DNA of 63,880 nt, filler included, from Bigelowiella natans CCMP2755 (lineage: Eukaryota > Protista > Cercozoa): assembly GCA_000320545.1 (NCBI GenBank). It is 4 parts of 4 records of this genome, joined end to end, with 100 filler letters (N's around TTAATTAATTAA, not from the genome) between each part and the next. Parts side by side here need not be neighbours in the genome. Positions count along the whole stretch, not along the records: positions 28,395 to 49,164 come from ADNK01001873.1; positions 49,265 to 53,330 come from ADNK01000704.1; positions 53,431 to 63,880 come from ADNK01001204.1; 1 more part is not named here. The stretch is one strand, 5' to 3'. The translations under genes were made by a program, and so were the position numbers. Shown here piece after piece: positions 39,590 through 54,009 of this stretch. The notes under the pieces were generated by a model. It saw only the letters and a program-made list of their open reading frames with translations. It did no database searches and was not told where the DNA came from. Within the stretch, counting starts at the first letter, position 1. The number at the start of each line of letters is the position of its first letter.

Positions 39590-42230
39590 CTTCCACAGGC
39601 CCAATCCTCTCCCCCACCCAACTGTCAATACGTAAGATACGCTGATCATATTTCTACATTAGTTCATCGCTACCATGAGCTGATACATGTTGAGCAGATG
39701 CAGAAGCATTGGCGTGTCTCTGACGAGGAGCGCTAGGAACGTGCTGGCATCGAATCGCTGGGAAAAGGCCGGCACCCCGCTGCCCCCTCCTCCTACGTGA
39801 GCCCCCTCTCGAGCTGTGGAGTATTTAGATTATATGAATTGAATAAATTAAGTGGAAAATGCAGCAACATTTCATGCTGTTCCAATTTTGGTCTCTTGGG
39901 CGAAAAGGATTTTAGTTCTGCTTACCACTCGGTGCGGGCAGCCTTCTGGCAATGGAGATGAACACCTCTTCGCTTCTCAACGGTAGCTCTTTGCTACTAC
40001 AAAGCCGCAGCTCGACTTCCTGGTAGCATACATAAATACTGATGAGTGCCCGCTTCTTTCTGGGGATCCCCCCCCCCCCCCCCTTCTTTTATTATACACA
40101 ACTGCCTCGCACACGGCTCCCCCAAACCGCGGATGAGCATAGTAGTAGCACGTGGGCTCATACCTTCTGCGAGATGAAGACGATGAAACACCAAAAGGCC
40201 GACCACTTCCCATTGCACGACACGTACGCATTTCCACAAAATACGAGGCTCTCTAGCTGGGGCTGCGGCACCAACAGAGTCAGGTATCCGTTTCCGCTAC
40301 TTCGCTTCGACAGACATATATTCTCAGAGCGCTTGCCAACGAGCAAAGGGCCTGCATGAAGAGCAAGGGGCAGATAAGCTTATTAGGTTTTGGTCGACCC
40401 AAAGCCAAAGAATCGATGAAAACTCTAGAGGGTACGTGGAACGGTCTCTCGCATAAAACTCAATGAAAGATGATCGGCGTAGTCTGTCGTCGTCCTTTTC
40501 CAATTTCCTAGTGTAATTACCTTTGACTATTTGGATGCTGCGATCCGGAGAGAATGCCGTATGCTTTCCTTCGTGGACACTAAAGCATTTGTTACACAAA
40601 AGCGCCGAAAAAATGCGAGAGAAGAACATTGAGCAAAGAGGCTGCCACGATATGAAACATGTCATTGCTCAACGACATGCTATTACCCTTTGTAGAAGTT
40701 TTCCTGGATGGCTTTTAGATCATGCGTTCGGGCGTCCCTCAATTCCAGGGCCGCTTTGCACGACACCGCCTCTAGATGGGGAGAAAGAGCTACGTGTTTG
40801 GAGAGTATTTATCAGGGAGATTCAGATATGTTTCTCAGATAGATAAATAAAAGGAAAAATTATGGGGGAAAATTGAATTTACTAGATGATGTCTGTTTGG
40901 CAAAGGGTCCTATTTGCTGCTGCGGTGCATCCCGCTGATACTCCGGGTAGCTCCTCCCCCTTTCACCACGAAGGCGATTGTTTTTGCGTTTGCCGCCACT
41001 GTTTTTTTGCGATTTGCGTTTATTGGCGATTGCTCTTGCAGGAGGGGGTGCCATTTGCTTGGGTAGCGGTGTAGGGGCTGTGTCGCCCATGAGGGCAGCG
41101 AGTGCATCTAAATACATACATCAAGTATGAATCTGGATCTTTCAACAGATGAATCAAGGTAATTGAAACATGGAAAGAGACTAAAAAGAGGAAAGCCGGA
41201 GCATAGAATTTTCTGGTACATAGAATATTATGGTACCTGCAGCAATCTCAGCATCAGCTTGTTCCTGACTAAGGCCTATTAAGGAGAAGTTTGTGTCTTT
41301 GTTGTACCCTTCCTTGTAGAATTGTCTGAAAATTAGAGAACATTTTAAACTTTTAGAATGCCAACTCTGACCGTTTTCTTGGAGGGATCATTTCGACGAT
41401 ATATACATTCAAGTTTATTCTGTGAAAAAAAAAGGCATGGAAGAGAAAACAGCCAAAATCCTTGTCCGGAATACGTAAAATCGAATCTCTGTTGTTGGTT
41501 TAATTCTGGCTCCATTATATTGGCTTCATTCATCTTTCCTAGCCCTTTCATTTCAGAGGCAAGGTTTTTCTTATTACTCATCCTTGTAGTGTGTGAGTAG
41601 GAAAGTATGAAAACGAGTCTAGAAACAAGATCCGGTGAGCTAAAGGACAGACATATCACAATTTACCTTTTCCTACGCACTCCATCGGCAAAAATGCCTG
41701 GATCTTTTATCTCTACTTGCTTTATCTCAGCAACCTTTAAAATTAACTTGTTATTCTTGTATTTGCATGATCCAATTCATGTCCAGGAATGAAACAAGAA
41801 GAACCTGCATAGCGGTGAGCTTTTACTTTTTCTGTCTTTTAAGTCTCCTTCCCTTCTACTTCTTCGGGTAGATCGAAAAAGATGTATCAACCGGTAAGAG
41901 CTTTATCCTGCAGCACCAAAAGTGAAAATTTCATATGTTGCCAAGAGCTAAGGTCGAAAGGGGGGGGGGGATGGGAGCCGGGAGAAGATGGCTCGCTTAA
42001 CTCACTTCATGTTCAGATCTGCACAGAGGCCTTCGGATAAACTTCGAATGCTTAAAATCGCACAGATTCTGGACGATAGTTTTGTAATTTTTATGTCGTA
42101 GAGAATAATTCTGCCACGTTCAGTGCCTGCGGTTTTGTTATCTCTTAGTTTATACAAATCCGGGAAGAAAAATTCTATGTCTCCCTGTTTCACAAGAGAC
42201 ATTTCGTCTCTTTCCACTTCCTGCGCAGAA
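39590..42230 (-). CDS. Chain of coding exons: probable 5' extension of the C2H2 gene, or a separate unknown gene
   Basis: GT-AG bounded open segments (IEFFFPDLYKL…; QFYKEGYNKDTNFSLIGL…; DPDSYLMMYLDAL…; STFLALLVRDTPMLLHLL…; RILRIDSWVG…) with several phase-compatible junctions; may extend to ~43400. Confidence 0.5.
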
Positions 42231-43406
42231 GAAGACAGGCTAATTTGAACTCAATTTAAAATATGAATTGTCAAATATAATAAAAAACACCAGCATTTTT
42301 GTAAGATTTTGTCGAATCCGGTGAATCAGGGATTTCTGCTAACCGCAAGTCTCTCGTGTTCCTTTTGGTTTCAATTGCCGCTGTGCAGTGAAACTTCAGA
42401 CCCTTTTGGGAACACAAATGCACAAAGTGGAATCTTTAACGACATTAAGTAAGACTACGACATCGCAAAGAACTAAATTCTGAAACATATAGGTGGTGAA
42501 AAGTGGATAAAACCTTTGCATGACTTTAAAAGTTATGACTAAATCTCTTGGTGTTGATTTTTTTATTGTTCATTAGGAGTAAATTAAACAAGCGCGTTGT
42601 TGGATAGACTGACTTCGGCGATGTCAAAATGCACAGTGGCTCAGATTTGCGTAACGACGCAAAATGCCCTAAATATTTTGGGATATTTAAGAAACTGTTT
42701 TGATTTTTCCTTCTAAACAGGTCCGTCTTTTGCCAGATCATCCAGCTCTGACAAGAAAAAGTTAGAAGGTCAAGTCTGGTAAATTTGAAAACTTTTTAAG
42801 GTACACCCAGTTGAGCCACAGTGGCTCTTGTGGATACGTAGTTTCCTACTGCTTTTCTAAGTAATTTTCACCATAATTAATTTTTCTCGTATACTGTTTT
42901 CGTTTTCTCTTGTGGGTATGCATTATAGTGTGAACAGCACGCTGTGGACGTTTTCATTTCTCGTTTTTCTCACGTAATTTTCCAATCTTTTTTAAACACG
43001 ATATTTTTGTATTGCGACACGCGTCGTCCAGCTCCCACTCAGTCGCAAGAACCAGATTGGTAGAAGTAAAAAACATGTGTGATTTCAACGTTGCGTCGCA
43101 AAACAATATCACATCTCGAAGATGTAAGACGGTATTTCTTCTCATTCTCCTGGTTCTCCCACGGAAATATCCCTCATAGTACTTCTCCCGACAGAATATC
43201 AAAGACAATAAGGGATAGCGAAGGAGGAAAAGTCGCCAAGTGCCACCATATCACCAAATATGCAGATGTGTTAGGATATCTTCCGTTTGGAATATTGACC
43301 AACGGAGATACCTTCCTACTGCTTCTCGAGCATCAGAGAATATTCCACAAGAGAAGAAACACAGACTTCCAAGCGCGTTCGTGCTCGGAATCACGAGAGC
43401 CAGATC

Positions 43407-45884
43407 ATGGGTTTCCATCGCCTTGAGGCTTGTCTCCATCGGAAGCTGCTACTTTTAGGACTTCTAGCTCTCATTGCTCTATGCAGCTTGGCGACTATCA
43501 CGCACAGGAAAGGCGTTGTGACTTTGGGCGGAGGGAGAAGGGCAAGACTCAAACACAGCAGTGGCGCGCTTCGGAGGCTACGAGGTGGTTCTGTCTACTC
43601 TTCAGTGCTGAGCCAGAATGCGCATCCAGGTCACTGGCAATATTCGCCCCCCTAACAAAACGCGAGTCTCGATGACTGACGAGGAGAAGGCTGCGGTGGA
43701 AACTGAATGTCCTTCACATCAGAGCATCCCTGCAAATGTGTCTGAGCAGAATTGTATATGTCGACGTAGGTGAATCGCGGATTCATGTCTGTAGTCACGC
43801 TACAGATTGCGCTAAAAGCGAGGACGGCACAGTCACGCAGCCGTTTGATGACCGAAACCTTACTTCCCTGTGGGACATATTCCAGTCAGGTGAAGATGCA
43901 CTCATTTGGTCGTTGTCGACGACTCGCCGTCAAACACCAAACACATTTCGTATTCGCACAGACATTAGCATCAGCACCAAGGCGGCGGCATACTGCCACA
44001 CTGTATGCTATTGTTGCTGCTAGCAGCCGCGAGGACTGCTATTTCATGGTGACATCGTTTCCTAATAGGGTTGAGCAAGAACCCTGATGGCCCTTGTTTT
44101 GAGGCTCGTGGGAGACCGGGCGGGCCTTTTTCCTCCATGAGCTATCGAGAAGTTGAAATTGAGGCCTTGACTATTGCGAAGAGACTAAAGGCCATGGGGG
44201 TCCGTAAAGGTATGTATATCTGCGGTGAAGTGAAGCTCCTTATTACCTTTGCTGTCATTTCTCCTTGCTATGAACTATTTGTGCTCTAGGCTCCAGAGTT
44301 GGGATTTTCGCGAGAAACATGCCACGGTGGTCCGTGGCTCAGCTTGCGTGCGCCTCGCAGGTGCGTGCGCGTGCGAGTTGATCGCATTTTTGCGTCCATG
44401 CGTGCTTCACTTTAGAATTTTGTATGTTTGTGATCTATATGCATGGATCTGTGCTCCTCCCCCCCCCCATACCTGCTAATTGGTCACCACGCACTTCATG
44501 CTTATGCTTTTGCGTATGCCAGGGCTTCGTAGTAACACCAATTTACGAGACAATCGGCGCCAATGCGATGACGTACATATCTTCCGAGAACAAATCTATG
44601 CAAAACATCTTCGAGAAACCTGCTGCTAATTGTGTTCTGTGACTGCTATTTTTTAGATAGGAATTTGTTTCTTTCGAGTTTATCCGCTTTCAGCTGCGAT
44701 TCCATTCACATAAATACGACTCTCAGTCCCATCACATCATCACCTGTAGTTGCCGAGCGTATTGATTGGTTTAGTTTCACCCTGCTCAGCTGCTAATTGT
44801 GGGAGGGATAGGGTGGTGCGCGAAAGCATAAGAGCAGCAGCGTCCCTGCAATTTTTGTTCTAATTTATAGCCAACAGCTTACTTTTGTGATCTTCGACGT
44901 TTCAGATACGTGATCAATCATTCCGGCGTAAATGTCATCTTCACGTCCGAAGCCAACTCTCACAAAATCATCAATGTATAGTAAGCTACATGCTGGAGTG
45001 CCGTCCCTTCCTCTCTCTCTTGAAACAAAGGGGAAAGAATTAGAAAATGACGGAGAGGGGGATTGTAGTGAGTAGTACCGATAGGGATGGCTCGAATCAT
45101 CACAGTTCAACAACAGTTATACCCCACCACCATTCCCCGCCTTTCTCTTTCCGCGTTACATCTCTTCTGCTGCTTCTTCTTATTCTTCTTCTTCTTCTTC
45201 TTCTTCTTCTTCTTCTTCTTCTCTGAATGCTGTCCCTACAATCGCAAGGCGCGATCGAATTGCACCGCTGTAACGGATATCATCGTGATGGACGGGGGGG
45301 GGGACGATGCGGACGGGATCACCCAAGCAAGTGGCGGAGGGGTTGGGTCGCCGCAGATCATACCCCCAGAGTCCGGAGATTGTTGCGCGTCTGGAAAACT
45401 TCGCGTGCATAGTTGGGCGCAACTGACAGCCGGAAAATCGCCGAAGATCCTCTCGACATTCCCGCCCAACCCTGCGGGATTTGAGGATACGGTATATGTT
45501 GCGAGCGGCGACGCACACCACGCACACCACGCACACACGCACACACGCACAATGGCGCATACAAACACGGAACGCGACCGAATACAACAAAATAGGCTCT
45601 GATCATGTACACTTCTGGCACGACTGGGGCGCCGAAGGGCGTGCAGCTCTCCAACCGGGTAGGTGGAGGAAAATAACGGGTTATTCTCTTGGAATGATGA
45701 CGATGATACGATGGTGATATGATGATGATGATGATGATGATGATGAAAAGACAACAACTTATATGTAACACTGAACATCAGTGAGTGTTTGGTGTGTGTG
45801 TTTGATGAATTCGTGGTAAAGGCGCTCGTGGCGTCCGTAGCTTCTGTGTCGCGCTATGCTCAACAGGCTGGATTTCCGGTGATA

Positions 45885-45940
<56 letters not shown>

Positions 45941-47545
45941 TTAAATCACCCATCAGTATTAACATCATCGAGTCGTACTACTCCTACTACCATGAAACAC
46001 TTTTCGTCATGGCCTCACAAAGACCGTTGCGGACAGCATTACATCGTCGTTCTTGAGTGTGATTGAACTGCCTTTTGTTCCTCCCTGTTTGCTGTCGTCG
46101 TTTCTCTGTTTTGTCATTGCCAACACCACTGTCACGTGCCCCCCCCCCTCTCCGTCGTCTGTATTTCCGGCGGAAGACTGCGTTGTTGATTATTATTATT
46201 CTTACTGTTCTGTTGGGTACAAAATCTAATACTTCTATTGCTGCTACTACTACTACTTCCCCGTGCATTGCAATCTTTCTATTTTGTGGCGTCATCATGC
46301 AGATTGGCACTGGATCGAGCACGTTGTCGTATCTTCCTCTAGCTCACGTAAGTAGCGTGCGCACGCACACACAGCTGCATCGTCAATATTATCGTCACCA
46401 CCACCATCAATGATCCATTAGGTATTAGAGCAGACGGCCGAGGCCACGTTCATGTCACGTAAGTCTTTCAAATCGCATCAGAAATCCGCGCGGGGGAGTG
46501 GGGGGGGGAGAGCGGCGTCAAAGTACAGCCGTACGAATTATGTTCTGATCACTGGTAAATTGGCATGTTGCTGTCATCAGAGGGAGGGTGCGTGGGATAT
46601 TACTCAGGAAGCATCAAGGTTTTATGATGCTCAATGTTTGCGTATTATATGCGTGCGCGCCCACGTTCTTCTTACTATGTTTTAATAGGTCGTAGCAGCA
46701 GCAGCAGCAGCAGCAGCATGTCGCCCCCTCTCCTAGATGATTCATCGTCATCGTCATCATCATCGTCATCATCATCATCATTTCTCCGTTCCCTATATTA
46801 TTTATACATTTGCAATTCGTCATCAGGATATCGCCAAGGACCTCGAGGACTTCAGACCGACGGTGTTTCTCGGCGTGCCGCAAGTTTACAAACGGTTGGT
46901 TTTGTGTGCAAGATTCGGATATTACCATCACCATCATAAGCTTTCGTTTGCATCATGGCCTATCACTGCCACTAATCACGCAACACGCACCGCCGCCGAA
47001 CTACATCGCTTTTTGGCTCTTTCCGTGCGGCATGGCCTCTTGCCGCCTCCTGCTTCACAGTCATCAATATTAAGTGAGATGATCTTGCGCGCGTGTGTTG
47101 TCGCACACTGATGGAGACGATTGCTTTGAAGGTTCGCGGATAAGCTGAAGGCGCGCGTGGCAAGCTCCAGTTTGGCGAAGAGAGCTGCTTTCCACATCGC
47201 TTACCAGATCCAAAAGCATGCCGTGAGAAAGGTTACCACCCAGGAGAGAGGGAGGAGAGCGAGAGGGGGGGGGGGGGGGGGGAGATTGGATTCGATGATT
47301 TGTTTCTTGGTCCTCATCATCATCTACCATTATCATCTATTCTCATCATCTACCATCACCTATCATCAGGGGAAGAGATCAGCTCTTGCCGACCGGCTTG
47401 TATTTAACAAAATCCGCAACAAATTCTTTCCCAGGTTATCTTTATTTTATGTTTGGACAAGGGGGAGGAGGGGGAGGAGGGGGAGGAGAGAGAAAGAGGG
47501 CAGGGTGGTGGTACATAGCAAATACTGTGTATGCACATGATCTGT

Positions 47546-47580
<35 letters not shown>

Positions 47581-48093
47581 GACACACACACAATTCAATC
47601 ACATATTCTTTCGAAATCCTCCAATCACATATCATTCCGCACGGAAAAGGACTGAGTTCTGCATCTCTGGTGCGGCTCCACTCAACGCTGAGACCCAGGA
47701 GTTTCTCCAGGTTATCTTCGGGTAAGAACAGACGCAAACAGTACTGATGCTGCTGCTGCATTTTCTGACCTATTGTTTGGAACCAACCATCACCGATTAT
47801 AACATTGCGCAAGATGCAAAATACCTATATTTTATATCGCCAACGTGCATTAGCAATCTCATCTTGCGACGGTCGTTGTGTTGCTTTTCTCAATCATCAA
47901 AGAGGCCGAGATAACCATCCCTCACCCCCTCTCATCGCACTTCCTCGTCACCCCCAGATGTCCAGTTATTCAAGGCTACGGGCTGACAGAAACATGCGCA
48001 GGGATCGCAATCCAGGTGACAATGATGCTGCTCGTTACTGATAGGAAATTCTCCCGAAAAAGACTGTGCTCCACAGCAACAATGAAAACGTCC

Positions 48094-48125
<32 letters not shown>

Positions 48126-48641
48126 TGGATGCTGCTGCTGCTGCGTCATGCCGATGCATCTCTTATAAAGTCAACTACATTTTGTGGGATGTGAGAGGGG
48201 GGGGAGGGGGGAGGGGGGGGATGGAGGGGGAATGAAGCGCTTCAAACACACGCGCATGATAAGTGCCTTCTGTAACCTTCCTCCTTGTCGCCCTCTTCCT
48301 CCTCTCCGCGCTGCTCCTTCTCCCCCCTCCCCTCCCTCTGCGGCGTTGCTGTTGCGTTGTCGATTTCTTGCTACTGCTCTCTCAGTTCCCCTACAGCGGG
48401 TACGGCAGCTGCGGCTCGGTCTTATGCGGAGCGCAAGTGAAGCTCAAGGACGTATGATGCCGGAAGGCTACTACTACTACTACTGCTACTACTACTACCA
48501 CTACTACGACATGCTACTTCTGGCTGTTTTTCACCGTAGTTTCCTCCTCTGTCTTCCCCAAATCCAAAGGCAATTTTAAGAGAAAGAGGAAGAGTAGTCG
48601 CCGGGATGCGTTTCATATTGAACAGCCAGATTTATTCTAGG

Positions 48642-48675
<34 letters not shown>

Positions 48676-48826
48676 ACGCACACGCACACACAACAGGTTC
48701 CCGAGATGAACTACACATCCAACCTGCGGCTAGGTGTGGAGGAAGGAGAGGTAAGGCAGAGCGTTATAAGCTGCTGCTGCTACATTTGGTTTGATGTTCA
48801 GTCTTTATGTTGTCTGTCTGTGTGTT

Positions 48827-48864
<38 letters not shown>

Positions 48865-49414
48865 GGGGAAGGGGGGGGGGGGGGGGGGCCCCCTCTCTCT
48901 CTCTCTCAAGATTGTGTGTGTGTGTGGGGGGGAGAGAGGGGGGAGATAGCGCGCGTATATCCCCCGTGACCCAATTCATTAGTAGCATAGATCAGAATTG
49001 AGCAGCGAGTTTAAGTAGCGCTCGTACCCCATGCCAACTACACGGAGCTCCGCATACCGACGGAGCTCTGGCTAATGCTCTCGCAGGATAAATAAAAGTA
49101 CTGTTGATATAAAAGAGCACCATCTCGGATCGACCCGTCACCATAAGTAGAGGCGAGATTAATCNNNNNNNNNNNNNNNNNNNNNNNNNNNNNNNNNNNN
49201 NNNNNNNNTTAATTAATTAANNNNNNNNNNNNNNNNNNNNNNNNNNNNNNNNNNNNNNNNNNNNGTTTCCTCTTAACACACGCACGCACACGCACGCACA
49301 CACACGCACACACACGCACACACACACACACAAACACACACGCACACAACGGCATGCAGATCCAGGATGGTGGATGCGGCCAACATTTCGCAATGCTACA
49401 TACATTGCAATACA

Positions 49415-49463
<49 letters not shown>

Positions 49464-49635
49464 GTGTGTGTATGTGTGTGTACATTTATTATATGTATAT
49501 CATATATTTGTAAAATTAAATATGTTGTATCTGTTGTTGCGCGGACAGATGGAGCCCCTTTGCGACACGTTGCTATGCGAGAATAAGCTCGCTTCCCACG
49601 CTGCCGCAGACTGTATTGAGGCACTGGCAAAGTAG
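43407..49635 (+). CDS. LACS: Long-chain acyl-CoA synthetase (AMP-binding) with bipartite leader; interrupted by gap
   Basis: IMYTSGTTGAPKGVQL, SYLPLAH, RPTVFLGVPQVY, ISGAAPL, IQGYGLTETCAG, VKLKD|VPEMNY; the last exon after the gap (…EALAK*) is tentative. Confidence 0.9.
49165..49264. other. Assembly gap / artificial linker
   Basis: N-run with central TTAATTAATTAA. Confidence 0.97.
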
Positions 49636-49649
49636 ATGATGTTACAACT

Positions 49650-50780
49650 GTACTCACATTATCGAGAATATCGATAACTGCGCTATGCGCGAAATAAAAT
49701 TCGGCATCAAAACTACTGGGGATGGAATGGGGAGGAAAGGGGGGAGGGCATGATCCGTCTTCGTCGTAATCAAAAGCAACACTGTCATTGTGCTGTCATT
49801 TGCGGCACAGAGATGGTGATGTTGGTTGCTCTGTGTTGATTGCTCCTTTCTCAATTTAGGTATCTTGGCCAGATGATACTTGCCGGACGGCTCGATGACA
49901 GAATGCGCGACAAGATAAGGCGAAGCGGCCTTGTCCAAATTGCGTTGTGAGTGGTGGCCACGCGTTTTCTGCGTTTTCTGCGAATGACAGTTATCAGGCG
50001 AGAGCAGTCGACAAGCAACGCACGTGTTTTGATCAAAACGAGGCGTTGGAACATGACGCAACTCACGCATGAATGCACAATTGTCACGGATTTCTACAGC
50101 AAGCGTTGAGAGTGAAAGAGACTGCTAGACTGCTCTGGGGTCAACATCGCTAGATCGCTAGATCGACGTGCAAGCTAGCGTGCTAGCGTGGAACATGTGC
50201 ATGCTAGGACGCATGAACATTGCTACGATTGTTGGAGAGCTAGTGCGTCGTGGCTGGCTAGCTATTTAGCAGCCAACCATTGAGCGATGTAATGGATAAC
50301 GCCGGTGTAACAACAGCAAACCGCCAGTAACAAGATACTTGTTTGTCGTTGGTCAATAAGTCGGCTGTCACTTCGTCGATTCTCGTCGCGGCTAGTAATA
50401 CTACTGCTACACATTATTATCATCTAGACAGCACTAGAGTACAACGCGCGCTACATATAGCACGCCCTGCTAGCTTGATGCATTGCATTCTAGCATCATT
50501 GAGTTGCATGACAGCTGTCAGGCTACCTGCTAGACTGTATATACACAGGCTAGCAGGTGTGTACCAGGATCGGACAGCAAAGGCTCACATGCTAGCATGC
50601 CAATGATTATGCCATACTGCAGCACACTAGCATATCGCTAGATCTAGAGATGCATGCAGATGACAAGTGTTGTTGCCGTGCTGAGCAAAACAAATCTAAA
50701 AATGGCTGATGCGGTGCTGCGCACATGCTATAGCATGCTGGCCCTCATCAGCAATCGTTGTCCATGTATGCCATGAAATC
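49650..50780. mobile_element. Decayed TE-like island
   Basis: Dense GCTAG/CATG/TGCA; no intact recognisable ORF; lies between convergent genes. Confidence 0.5.
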
Positions 50781-50950
50781 ATGCGGCAATGAGGAATCTC
50801 TGTTAGCTGTTCAAACCACCACATGCCGTCATCCACTAGGAAAAGCAGCAGGTGGATCCTCCGACGCCGTGCGTGTGACAGTTGCAAGGTGGGAATGGAT
50901 GGGCCGCAGCCGTTTACTAGTCGTGAGTCGTATAATACACACATACATAA

Positions 50951-50990
<40 letters not shown>

Positions 50991-51150
50991 AGTTTACATT
51001 TTTTACGTACAGTATCCAATTTACGGAACTTAATTTAACTTGACGTGACACATGCGACGAACTACGCACATGCACTTGCACTCTTCCACTCTCTCCCTCT
51101 CTTTCCTTTTCTCTACACGCGCGCGCACACGCACGCTCCCACACAGCACA

Positions 51151-51725
51151 TTATCTGTGGTTGTTAGCGGAGGCGCGGTGATCTTTGCAGTGGCCCGGAT
51201 GCTTGTTCGGCCTTGTACACCAATCGTTTCTATAGCACTTCTGGCCGTTGTTTCGGTTGAATTTGTCGGCCAAGGCCTTTCTCCTCTTCCCTGTGTGTGT
51301 GTATGTGTGTGTGTGTGTGTGTGCGCGCGCGCGCGCGTGAGAGAGAGAGAGAGAGAGTAATATGTCATCGTTCTCCCGCATGTTGTGGGATCTCTTTCGG
51401 TGCAATATGATAGAAGGCAATATCCACCACAAAACCAAACAGATGCTGCACACATATGCCCGATACTCAAAAACGTAATTTCCACCTTCTAGTGCCACCC
51501 CCCCCCCCCCCCCCCTCCACTCTCTCTCTCTCTCTCTCTCTCTCTATGAATAGTAATCCACGCTTTTCATTGTCTGACCATGCTCGTCGATGATGGGCTC
51601 GAGGAAGTGCCTCCTTGATGGCGTGCCCCCTCCCGCTCTCCGTTTGCTTCTTTGCTCCGGGATGACGCATTCAATTTTCATTTTCTTACAGCGCGCACAC
51701 GGCTTTCCCCCAGTGCATTTCACCT

Positions 51726-51764
<39 letters not shown>

Positions 51765-52350
51765 AGAGAGGGAAACGCAGTGAATGACGAGGCTCCAAAT
51801 CTGCAAGAGTGTTTATGATAACACAGCGGAAAGTTTCGGCTCACGGGGCATTAATACTCGTTGTTTTCCTCTCCGATTTTAGCACCAAAACCGAACAAGC
51901 GTGTGATGTTTGAAGGAAGTTGTCACCTTGGAGCCTCTACAATTCATGCACGCTATCGATATTCGTGTCCTCGTGGATGTTGATCTGACGGTGGACGATG
52001 CAGCATTAGGGAAACATCGAGAGAACGAGAGTCAAAAACACAATCTTTGTGCATACACACGTCAAAGGGCTGCACTAAGGAGAATCGGTGATGTTTGCGT
52101 GGATTGCGAGATGCGGGGGGGCAGGGGCAGGGGTAACATAGTGTAAACTGCATCAAACACTCGCGCGCACACACACACATACATAAAGTGAGCAATTATA
52201 ATATCTTTGCATATGTGCTTCATTCTCAATGTGTGTTGTTGTTGTTGTTGTTAATGTTGTTATTGTGTGGTTCGTACTTCCGTTTCTTGCTTTTCTTTTC
52301 CTTTCTCGTGCTGCTGTCATAATGGAGGAGGAGGTGGTGGTGGTGAAGAT
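51151..52350 (-). CDS. Zn(II)2Cys6 binuclear-cluster transcription factor with a C-terminal CCHC-like motif
   Basis: RISIACMNCRGSK|VKCTGGKPCARCKKMKIEC; last exon KCYRNDWCTRPNKHPGHCK…*. 5' end unresolved (maybe to ~52770 or into the gap). Confidence 0.8.
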
Positions 52351-52426
52351 GATGATAATGATGATGGTGATGATGATGATGGGGTCGGCGGGGAATAACA
52401 GGCTTAGAAGCACACACACACACACG

Positions 52427-52511
<85 letters not shown>

Positions 52512-53330
52512 AGCGCTGTTTTCGTCATTTTGCGGATGCTAGGACAAAACATATCATCTAAAAATATACACAATAATATATATATATTTATATATATATA
52601 TATATAAACTTAGCACCCGCACGCGACACACGTTATACATATTTTAAATGCACGCTGAATAGCCGCCGCAAGCAAAACTTACTCTCCTCCCCCTCCAGCG
52701 GCTGGGTCGTTTTGATGAGCAGTGATGGCTTGGTGCTGCGAAGGTATATTCGGTAGGCTAGGAAGGAACGGTAGAGTGAGCCCCCCCTAGTGATACACAC
52801 ACAGACACACACAAATATACACAAATACACACAAAGACACACGTTGTATATTATCACGTCTTATATTGATGACATACAAATGACTCTGCTAGCACCACCA
52901 CCACCACCATCACCCCAAAAGCTAGCTGCCGATCATTGCTCTACGATAATCGTAGAGGGGGGGGGGGGGGGGGGGGGATCATCATGGAGCCTGCTTTTGT
53001 TGCCGAAGGGAGGGAGCAACATGTGTATACCATCCCCGATCTTTACACATACTCCCACACCCACCCACACACATAAAAACACAAAGAGAGGGAAAGAGAG
53101 TAAAAAAGATAAATTTTGAGATAGAAATCTTTTTGGGCCCTCCCTAAAAGCCTGTTGGTGCTTAAGATGGGAGAGTTTGTCTTTGCGTGGAGTTTGAGGT
53201 CAAACGCGAAACTTTTCCCGGTCTGGGGGAAGGTGTAGAGAAGTGGATTTTTCCCTCTTAGTTCCACCGGAAGAAGGGGGGGGGGCCGTTTTATTCCGGG
53301 TTTGTAAGAGAGGAACCCCCTCCCCCCCTT

Positions 53331-53430
53331 NNNNNNNNNNNNNNNNNNNNNNNNNNNNNNNNNNNNNNNNNNNNTTAATTAATTAANNNNNNNNNNNNNN
53401 NNNNNNNNNNNNNNNNNNNNNNNNNNNNNN
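53331..53430. other. Assembly gap / artificial linker
   Basis: N44-TTAATTAATTAA-N44. Confidence 0.97.
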
Positions 53431-53494
53431 CGTTCTCCTCACCCCTTCAACGTTGGTCATTCCCGTGCTTCCAACTCGTACATAGCCAGCCTAA

Positions 53495-53544
<50 letters not shown>

Positions 53545-53584
53545 CATATTTATAACAACAGCATCCATATAGAATAAGTTGTCG

Positions 53585-53615
<31 letters not shown>

Positions 53616-53748
53616 CCTCATCCAGATCTATCTGATCTTTCACGATATGGGAGTTTGGCTTGTGGCCGATGCCGTAGAATAAACCGCGGACTGAGTCGTT
53701 GTGGTAACAAAGATTAAACAAAGATTATGCATGTAAATTCATGTTCAT

Positions 53749-53804
<56 letters not shown>

Positions 53805-53964
53805 CTATGTGTGTGTGTGTGTGTGTATTTGAACATGTATATTTATTCCAACAGTTTAACCTGAGAGTTTCTCTTCAACCCCATCTCTCTTAATCTTAAT
53901 GGGATGTAAAAACAGAGAGTTATTTATTAATGAAAGATCATGCAGGTGCACGTGTATAGTGTAC

Positions 53965-54009
<45 letters not shown>

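Noticed and set aside
40080-40260. ADD/PHD-like hint (HPRFGGAVCE)
   Set aside because: The required Cys pattern cannot be completed with available splice sites.
53100-53330. ORF 53043-53267 and homopolymer-rich sequence
   Set aside because: Looks like a low-quality read end next to a gap.
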